Shown in pieces: positions 48,701 through 55,076 of a DNA stretch of 64,000 bases. The position numbers and the translations under genes were made by a program. This DNA is from Chloroflexia bacterium (GTDB taxonomy: Bacteria > Chloroflexota > Chloroflexia > QHBQ01 > JADMIH01). Below the pieces are notes generated by a model. It saw only the letters and a list, made by a program, of their open reading frames with translations. It searched no databases and was not told the origin of the DNA. Position 1 is the stretch's first letter. Every line of letters starts with the position of its first letter. Location: assembly GCA_034437815.1 (NCBI GenBank), contig DAOTTC010000006.1, forward strand, positions 1,616 through 65,615, read 5' to 3'.

Positions 48701-48830
48701 CGGCGGGTACCCTTTGAGTGCAGGCACACCCCTTTTGCATATTCATGCAAGATGCTGGGGAAGGGAAAGCAAGGGGAGGTCGGGGAGGGCTGTGCCCTGC
48801 CCAAACCCCACCTCCCTTTATTGCATACGA
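48686..48830. repeat. Dispersed intergenic repeat, copy 8 (inverted module C fragment plus modules Z in mixed orientation)
   Basis: ggggcactcccctgacggcgggtaccc is the reverse complement of gggtacccgccgtcaggggagtgcccc. Also ttgcatattcatgcaa, ggggagggctgtgccctgcccaaacccc, and ccctttattgcat. Confidence 0.65.
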
Positions 48831-48864
48831 AGTGCCATGAAATAGCACTAGCTCCCTAAAGGGG

Positions 48865-49731
48865 TTGGCGCAGGAAAGGATGGCGATGAGGTTCTTCAGA
48901 TGGCCCGGTTGGAGTGGGAGGAAAAGCCGCGCCGCAAACCACAGCAGTCAGGCGCAACCGCTGAAGACCGGCGGGCACGGCGACCATTGGGGCTGCATCA
49001 TCACCGCCGACCGGCAGAGCTGGCTACTCGATTACATCGTGCAAGTAGCCAACCAAGACCCACACCCTCGGCGGTTCACCAGCCCTACCGGAGGCCGCGC
49101 GCTGGCTGCCTACTCGCCAGTGAGCGGCACGCACAGACAGGTGCGCCTGTGCGTGTTGGCCGAAAACAACGAGGTGGTGAGCGCCTATCCGGAGGCGCTC
49201 GGAGGGGCGCTGTGGCCGGTGGAGATCACCGACATAGTGCCGTGGGCCAACGGCCTCGAAGGGCAGATAGAGGGCATATGCGCGGGCTCGAAGGTGAGTT
49301 TCTTCGATACCCGTTTCTACACCAACCAACGTATATATCGAAAAGGCGCGACTTATAACTTCCACATAAACGGGTTCGCCTACGTGCTCAGACGAGCCGA
49401 AGAAATGGAGTTCGAGATCGAAGGGGGCGCAAAGGTGTCATGGCAGGGGGCGCATGCCTACATTCCTGCCGGGGCGGGCAATCCAGACGCGGACATAGAC
49501 GACTACTGGTTCCACAGCCCGCTCGAAGGCGAAGTTTCGGCACTGGAGTTCGTGGGCGACACGCTGCAATTATACCCTGTCACGCTGGCAGTGCCCTACA
49601 ACTTCGAATTGAGCATCAACCTGTACGCCGCAGGGCACACGCTCGTCGAGGGCATGGCCGATGTGCAACCGGGTGACGACCTCGAAGGCTTTCTGTGGCT
49701 ACAGGGCTATCTTGCCGACGATGGAAGGTAG
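48865..49731 (+). CDS. Hypothetical protein (288 aa; start uncertain)
   Basis: Long ORF with coding-like composition. No motif recognised. Confidence 0.45.
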   Translation: MAQERMAMRFFRWPGWSGRKSRAANHSSQAQPLKTGGHGDHWGCIITADRQSWLLDYIVQVANQDPHPRRFTSPTGGRALAAYSPVSGTHRQVRLCVLAENNEVVSAYPEALGGALWPVEITDIVPWANGLEGQIEGICAGSKVSFFDTRFYTNQRIYRKGATYNFHINGFAYVLRRAEEMEFEIEGGAKVSWQGAHAYIPAGAGNPDADIDDYWFHSPLEGEVSALEFVGDTLQLYPVTLAVPYNFELSINLYAAGHTLVEGMADVQPGDDLEGFLWLQGYLADDGR

Positions 49732-50317
49732 ACGAACCGAAAACGCTGGAGACACGAGGCACGCGGAGGACATCAGGCCCATGCCCGGCCCGGACACCAC
49801 CTACCGTAGGGCGGGCGTGCTTCTGCTGTTGTACCCGCGCAATGGCGAAGAGTATGTGGTGTTCATGAGGCGCACCGACACCGTAGAGCACCACAAAGGG
49901 CAGATCTCACTGCCCGGCGGCGCTCAAGACCCCGAAGACCCCGACCCAGTGTATACCGCCCTGCGCGAGAGCCACGAGGAATTAGGCATCGACCCTGCCG
50001 ATGTCGAAGTAATATCTATTCTGGACGATGTATACGTGCCAGTGAGCGGGTTCGTCATCACACCTGTGGTAGCGAGGCTAAGGCCCGACCGCGCCCCACA
50101 CCAGCCGGTGTTCAAGCCTAACGCCGAGGAAGTAGCCGAGGTCATCGAAGTGCCTGTCAGGGTGTTGCGCGATAAGGCCACCCATCGCACCGAGCTACGC
50201 ACCACTCGCGGTGTGACGCACACCGTGCACTACTATACCTATGGCCCCTACGAGATATGGGGAGCTACGGGGCGTATAATCTACGAGTTTTTAAAGGGCC
50301 ATGCAAGCAATCCGTAA
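49721..50317 (+). CDS. NUDIX hydrolase, CoA pyrophosphatase-like
   Basis: RAGVLLLLYP..., and Nudix box LPGGAQDPEDPDPVYTALRESHEELGI. ATG 49721 overlaps the upstream stop by 11 nt. Confidence 0.75.
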   Translation: MEGRRTENAGDTRHAEDIRPMPGPDTTYRRAGVLLLLYPRNGEEYVVFMRRTDTVEHHKGQISLPGGAQDPEDPDPVYTALRESHEELGIDPADVEVISILDDVYVPVSGFVITPVVARLRPDRAPHQPVFKPNAEEVAEVIEVPVRVLRDKATHRTELRTTRGVTHTVHYYTYGPYEIWGATGRIIYEFLKGHASNP

Positions 50318-50355
50318 TGAAGCCTTAGCAGCCGACCTCCCGACAGTTTGCACTT

Positions 50356-50871
50356 ATGCCCAACGCACGCACCCATGATTTTATCACGCTGGCATCGGGG
50401 ACGGGGATGGCCCTCACGGCGCCAAGCTCCAACCTGCCCGATATGAACCCCGCTAATGCCGCAGTGTTAGTGGGCGCCTATCTGGTATCCGGGCTGTTGT
50501 TCAGTCCCGACCTAGACACGCGCTCGACCGCTTACAGGCGATGGCGCTGGATCAGGTGGTTGTGGCTGCCCTACCAACGTATGGTGCCGCATCGAAGCTG
50601 GGTCTCACACCACATGCTGTTTGGGCCGGTCCTGCGCATATTGTATCTGACGGGGATATCGGCTGTGGTTACGCTGGCGGGCTTCGGTGTGCTCAATATG
50701 CTGGTGCCGGTTGACCCATCGGGGCTGTTGTTGAGCATAGCACGCACAGCGTGGCAATGGATAGGGTCGCACCCGTTCACTACAGCTTACGCTATGCTGG
50801 GTTTTATACTGGGTGGCACGACCCATACTCTGGCCGACCTGCTATTCACCGCGATCAAACGCCGGTTCTAG
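50356..50871 (+). CDS. Small membrane protein, DUF2227-like (putative metal-binding)
   Basis: N-terminal MPNARTHDFITL, and 3-4 hydrophobic segments. The family call is from memory only. Confidence 0.4.
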   Translation: MPNARTHDFITLASGTGMALTAPSSNLPDMNPANAAVLVGAYLVSGLLFSPDLDTRSTAYRRWRWIRWLWLPYQRMVPHRSWVSHHMLFGPVLRILYLTGISAVVTLAGFGVLNMLVPVDPSGLLLSIARTAWQWIGSHPFTTAYAMLGFILGGTTHTLADLLFTAIKRRF

Positions 50872-50894
50872 CGTCCGCTTTATACCAGTTCTCC

Positions 50895-51168
50895 GCAGAA
50901 AGGCCATAAATTGTGGAGAGAGGACAAGTAGGGACTGGGAACTGGGGGACACCCCCATTTGTGGGGAGAAGACAAATAGGGACTGGGAGACTGGAGGACA
51001 TTTATACCCCCGCATCCGAAGGGTACACGCCGGCAGGGGAGTGCCATGGGGGCGGGCAGTGGCGGCGGCTGTGGCAGATGTCCCGCACCCACAGGGTACC
51101 CGCCGGACCGGGGAGCGCCCCTGCACCCCGGTATTTAGCACCTTTGCTCGGATAATTGGTATTACGGC
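50895..51168 (+). repeat. Dispersed intergenic repeat, copy 9 = longest exemplar (modules A, B x2, C)
   Basis: A: aaaggccataaattgtggagagagg. B: ...gggactgggaactgggggacaccccc / tgtggggagaagacaaatagggactgggagactggaggacatttataccccc. C: tcccgcacccacagggtacccgccgg..ggggagcgcccctgcaccccggtatttagcacctttgctcggataattggtattacgg. Confidence 0.85.
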
Positions 51169-51190
51169 AAGCTACAGAGCCGGGCCGCTC

Positions 51191-52396
51191 CTACGCTTGG
51201 CTTTTGTGCGCCTCTGCTTCGGCCATGCGGATGCGCTCTGATATGGGTGGGTGGCTGTGGAACAAGAAACGCACCCACGCAGGGGGATCGGCTTCGGCCA
51301 AGTTCTGGCCGGCCAGCTTAGTCATGGCCGAGCGGAACGCCTGAGCCTTGCCGGTGGTGCGCAGGGCATATCGGTCGGCGGCGCGCTCCATCTGCCGGGT
51401 AATGAAGTTGCCCGCAGGCATGGCTATCAGCCCGAACACCAACATAGCGACCATGAGCAGCGGCAGGGCTGCCACGTCGTCTATGCCCCGCAAACCGAAG
51501 AAGTTGACCCCCCAACCGAGCACCAGCGACGCCACCCACATCCCGGCCAGCATGATGACCGCTTCGAACACCAACCCCTTGGGCAGGTCATTGTGCACGT
51601 GGTGGGCAAGCTCATGCGCCAGCACAGTCTCTATCTCGTCAGGCGTATAGTTTTGCAGGAGCGTGTCGCCCAAGATGATGCGGCGGGTGCGGCCCAGCCC
51701 CGCGAGCATGGCATTGGCGGCTACTGTACGACTGCTCAAGTCCATCACGTACACTCCGCGCACCTGTGTGCCCGCGCGCTCGGCCAGCAGAGTGAGACGC
51801 CGCACCAATTCGGGGTCGTCCAGCGGGCGGAACTTATAAAACAGAGGCATCAACAGCACAGGCCCTAACTGCGCCATCACCACGGCGAAAAGCCATGTAG
51901 CGGCGGCCATCATCACCCACCACCAGTCGGGGAAAGTGCGCAGCAGCCAGTACAGCAACTCCACGCCCGCCAACCCGAAAACCGCGCCAAGCATCAGGCT
52001 CTTTACCGTATCCAGCGCCCACCCACCAATTGTCTGGGTGGACAGGCCAAACCGATGGGGAAGGACATACCCGGAATAGAAGTCGAACGGCAGGGAGACA
52101 AGCGTAAAGACGGCGCCCAGAGCAATGGCATACAGCGCCACCACCACCCATGGATTGGTCGATAAGCTCTCGGCCCACCGGCTCAATTGCACAGACCAAC
52201 CGCTAGCCAGCAGGAGATATATCAGCAGGACCGCAAGCCCAAGCTCGATGAAAAACAGTCGACGTCTGACGGTGGAATACTGTCTGGCAAGTCGCTGCCG
52301 TTCGGGGTCAAGCTCGCCAACGCCCTGCGAATGGTCGGGGGGCGCATTTTGTGCGCCGTCTATTATGCAGAGCATATATGCCCTGTACATGTACAT
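51191..52396 (-). CDS. M48-family (Ste24/HtpX-like) zinc metallopeptidase (start uncertain)
   Basis: Multiple TM segments; HELAHHVHND zinc motif. Confidence 0.82.
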   Translation of the reverse strand: MYMYRAYMLCIIDGAQNAPPDHSQGVGELDPERQRLARQYSTVRRRLFFIELGLAVLLIYLLLASGWSVQLSRWAESLSTNPWVVVALYAIALGAVFTLVSLPFDFYSGYVLPHRFGLSTQTIGGWALDTVKSLMLGAVFGLAGVELLYWLLRTFPDWWWVMMAAATWLFAVVMAQLGPVLLMPLFYKFRPLDDPELVRRLTLLAERAGTQVRGVYVMDLSSRTVAANAMLAGLGRTRRIILGDTLLQNYTPDEIETVLAHELAHHVHNDLPKGLVFEAVIMLAGMWVASLVLGWGVNFFGLRGIDDVAALPLLMVAMLVFGLIAMPAGNFITRQMERAADRYALRTTGKAQAFRSAMTKLAGQNLAEADPPAWVRFLFHSHPPISERIRMAEAEAHKSQA

Positions 52397-52433
52397 ACGC
52401 GTATGCGCCCGTACTCAGACATTGTACCTGCCT

Positions 52434-52952
52434 TTACTTATGCTCATCGTCTTGTGGTGGCGCGTGCTCGGTGTTACCGGGAGCACCGGAAACGGCGCTC
52501 TCCACCTGCCAATTAGGGCTGTCGGCAGGCCGCCAGTCGGCTATCCACGCACGTTGCACTATATAAGGCCGGCCGCCACCCATCACGCCATCTTCACCCT
52601 CTTCCGGCGCGGCTAGGGCCACTGCCTCGCGGGAGTACCATGCTACCGTGCCCGCCAGTTCCTCGCCGTTCTCCAGCATGAGGACTACAGGCACAGAGGA
52701 CTTCTTGTGCTCATCGAGGAAATAGGTGAGACGTTTGCGGTAAGCTTCGCGCCGACGAGCAAGTTCGGCAACCGGCACGCCAAAGTAATCGGCCAGTTTC
52801 TGAAGCAGGGCATCGTCTTCGCCCACGCGTCTGTGCTTCACTTCGATAAGGTGCACATCACGTGCTGGTATGCCATAATCCTGCTCTATCTCTCGCGGGG
52901 TGACCCCACCCCTGAGGGCGCGCAGGTATTTGATGTAATCGCTCAAGCTCAT
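52434..52952 (-). CDS. HTH (XRE-like) protein fused to an Sm/Hfq-like beta-barrel segment
   Basis: MSLSDYIKYLRALRGGVTPREIEQDYGI...LQKLADYFGV (HTH). VPVVLMLENGEELAGTVAWYSREAVAL...YIVQRAWI resembles the Sm1/Sm2 pattern of Hfq. Confidence 0.5.
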   Translation of the reverse strand: MSLSDYIKYLRALRGGVTPREIEQDYGIPARDVHLIEVKHRRVGEDDALLQKLADYFGVPVAELARRREAYRKRLTYFLDEHKKSSVPVVLMLENGEELAGTVAWYSREAVALAAPEEGEDGVMGGGRPYIVQRAWIADWRPADSPNWQVESAVSGAPGNTEHAPPQDDEHK

Positions 52953-53043
52953 ATGGTGGTGATTAGTTCCGACGAAACAACACAAGCAACACGCTATATG
53001 ATAACACTTGGGGTAAGCTGGCTGCGCCCCGCGCCCGGCCGCA

Positions 53044-53361
53044 TCAACCTTCCGTCACTGTTATCACATCGTCATCCACCGACACGCGATAGGTCTTGAG
53101 GGGCACTTCGGCCGGACCGGTGACCACTTCGCCCGTACGAACGTTGAACTCAGACCCATGCCACGGGCAGGTGACTATCTCACCCCACAGCGCGCCTTCG
53201 CATAACTGACCACCCATGTGGGTGCATGTGGCCTGAACGGCGTAGAGTCTGCCGTCCACGTTGAACACCGCGATCTCTTCACCGTCAACAATACCTGTTT
53301 TGCAGGTGCCTGATGGTATGTCTGAAGCCCTGAGGACCGCCTGTACACGTTGTTTGACCAT
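53044..53361 (-). CDS. Rieske [2Fe-2S] ferredoxin-type protein
   Basis: CTHMGGQL...CPWHGSEF (CxH...CxxH). ATG 53361 after GGAG. Confidence 0.82.
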   Translation of the reverse strand: MVKQRVQAVLRASDIPSGTCKTGIVDGEEIAVFNVDGRLYAVQATCTHMGGQLCEGALWGEIVTCPWHGSEFNVRTGEVVTGPAEVPLKTYRVSVDDDVITVTEG

Positions 53362-53519
53362 GTTTAATCTCCAAGGTTGGGCAGAGGTTAGGGTGGACGG
53401 CGGTGGGCGCTCATCCGGTACATAATTATACAGCAAAGGCGCAATTGCGAGCCTGTTCTGAACAATATCACCCCACTCATTCTCTTAATTCTCCTTGGGG
53501 AATGCACGAGCACAAGCCA

Positions 53520-53650
53520 CACAGCCCCCCTCTTCCATGAATGGAGAGGGGAGGGGGAGGAGGAAGGGGTGATTATGCAGTATGTAAAGAGGTTCCGGCA
53601 ATAAGCGAGGGTGCAGGGGCACCCCCGTCAGGGGGTGTGGGGTGGGGGTG
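53520..53650 (-). repeat. Dispersed intergenic repeat, copy 10 (modules Z plus C variant), abutting the tRNA-His fragment
   Basis: The reverse complement reads ...ccccctgacgggggtgcccctgcaccctcgcttattgccgg... and ...cattcatggaagagggggg. Confidence 0.65.
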
Positions 53651-53658
53651 GGTGGTTT

Positions 53659-53703
53659 TGGGGTGGCTGATGGGACTCGAACCCACAACCCCTTGATCCA
53701 CAG
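53659..53703 (-). pseudogene. tRNA-His 3' half (anticodon loop to encoded CCA); no 5' half present
   Basis: Minus strand: CUGUGGA (GUG anticodon loop) UCAAG GGGUU GUGGGUUCGAGUCCCAU CAGCCAC C CCA. The discriminator C and ...AGCCACCCCA match bacterial tRNA-His as I recall it. The upstream sequence cannot form the acceptor, D or anticodon 5' strands. Confidence 0.7.
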
Positions 53704-53789
53704 TTGAGCGATTACTTGCGCTGTGCTACTGTACGTGGTGGTATATCAAATTTGCGTCCAGTTAGTTACTCCTCACTACACCGATCGGT

Positions 53790-54198
53790 AACATCACAGC
53801 TCAGTATATTGGAATCCATTTCAAAATACAACCCCCCATACTACTCTGGCGGTAGCTCTGACCAACCTTGATCGGTCGGCCTCCCTTTGGCCTGATGCGC
53901 TTGCGCCTCTCGAAAGTAGAGATCGCTGGCTTGATACCCCCTCTTCCTTAGCTTCTGTTGAAACCTTCTATTGTCATACGGCTTTGTCTGCTATCAACTC
54001 CTTGGGACAAATGCATGCCCTGCCTCTTCTGCTGACTGCTTCACCCGAACTGTTGCCAGTGCCCGCAATCCGCGCCATAGCCAGCGCTCACCGCAGCGCA
54101 CCATCTACCATCGGCCTGCTCCAAAATGTTACCCCCGCCACGACCCCTTGATCTGCTCCTGCCACTTTTGTTGCAGTTGCCACTATTGCTATCGCTCA
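53790..54198 (-). pseudogene. Decayed tyrosine-integrase N-terminal remnant (stops and frameshifts; catalytic domain absent)
   Basis: Minus-strand frame reads MSDSNSGN...LEQADGRWCAAVSAGYGAD, which is like the integrase arm-binding motif dGrWxaxvxxGyxxxGKR. It continues ...RMTIEGF...IKPAISTFERRKRIRPKGGRPIKV, interrupted by stops. Confidence 0.4.
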
Positions 54199-54207
54199 TC
54201 TCGCCGC

Positions 54208-54567
54208 CTACTCATCGTACAGTTTGTGAAGTCGATTCAGCTTAGCACCGATCTTGGCCCCGGTTTCCTTCCTGTATAAACGGATTCTAATCCGACTCGG
54301 TCTGGTGTTCAGGTTGCCTCTCATCAGGCTTGTACAAAGTGGGGCTAGCGGGTCTGCCGGGCTTATACCTGTCCTGTGTGTCGCAAACCGGACCCGAAAC
54401 ACTTCCGGTTCCAGCACCCCGGCCAGACCTGTCAGGGTCAGCCAGCCGGGGCGTGCCCTGTCATTTCGGCCCCTCTTATTATGCCATGTGAAAACTGCCC
54501 TGCCTGTTATCTTGGTATAACGCATCATTAATGGTGTGTCAGGGGGTATAAGCGCACTCTTCTTCAT
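54208..54567 (-). CDS. Hypothetical protein (119 aa)
   Basis: ORF only; Arg-rich; no motif recognised. Its position next to the integrase remnant would fit a small DNA-binding protein. Confidence 0.3.
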   Translation of the reverse strand: MKKSALIPPDTPLMMRYTKITGRAVFTWHNKRGRNDRARPGWLTLTGLAGVLEPEVFRVRFATHRTGISPADPLAPLCTSLMRGNLNTRPSRIRIRLYRKETGAKIGAKLNRLHKLYDE

Positions 54568-54643
54568 GCTGGCTCATAGGAGCTGAGGTCCGGGTGTGAA
54601 TAGAGAGATGTGGGGTGGTTGTTGTATTGCGTTGCGTTGTGCC

Positions 54644-55021
54644 CTAACGCGGCTTCTTTGTAGCCTTTCGTGCATAAGGCTTCAGTTGTTGCTCGCGCTC
54701 TGTCCAATCGGGCATGTAGGCATACATGAAGCTCTTGAAGAGCTTGCCGTGATTGGGCACAAGCATATGTACCAGCTCATGCACAATGACAAACTCGCCC
54801 AGCTCCTTCGGAAGTTGCAAGAGACCAGCGTCAAGAGTAAGCCGTCCGGTGGTAGACATCGAGGCCCATTTGGTGGTCATAGGGCGCACGTGGACGTGCG
54901 GCACGCGCACACCGATCTGTACTGCCCAGTGGCGTGCTGCCCAGCGTAGGTCTTCAGCATCCTGCCAGTATTTTGCTCCATGCGCCTGTGGCTGTGGTTG
55001 CTTTTCGGCTATCATGCTCAT
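54644..55021 (-). CDS. Short DUF45/YgjP-like zinc metallopeptidase (C-terminal half only)
   Basis: VRPMTTKWASMSTTGRLTLDAGLLQLPKELGEFVIVHELVHMLVPNHGKLF (HExxH). It is ~100 aa shorter than typical YgjP and lies immediately downstream of hsdR. Confidence 0.7.
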   Translation of the reverse strand: MSMIAEKQPQPQAHGAKYWQDAEDLRWAARHWAVQIGVRVPHVHVRPMTTKWASMSTTGRLTLDAGLLQLPKELGEFVIVHELVHMLVPNHGKLFKSFMYAYMPDWTEREQQLKPYARKATKKPR

Positions 55022-55076
55022 TGCTATTGTGCTACTGTGTCTGTGCTAAAATTTCAGATGGGCCAGATGATTTATG

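Noticed and set aside
50895-51168. Possible CRISPR array, because of internally repeated G-rich ~45-bp units
   Set aside because: There are only two imperfect sub-repeats with no regular repeat-spacer periodicity and no cas genes. The same modules occur singly elsewhere in both orientations.
53659-53735. Complete tRNA gene on the minus strand
   Set aside because: The T-arm, 3' acceptor strand, CCA and anticodon loop are fine. However, the upstream 30 nt (GUACAGUAGCACAGCGCAAGUAAUCGCUCAA) cannot pair with CAGCCAC, cannot form a D-arm, and do not pair with the 3' anticodon-stem strand. It is therefore annotated as a 3' half only.
54143-54153. 11-nt direct repeat accccttgatc shared with the tRNA fragment (53688-53698) as a possible attL/attR pair
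   Set aside because: The match is too short to exclude chance, the copies are only 455 bp apart, and it lies inside the integrase-remnant coding frame. I kept it only as a note.
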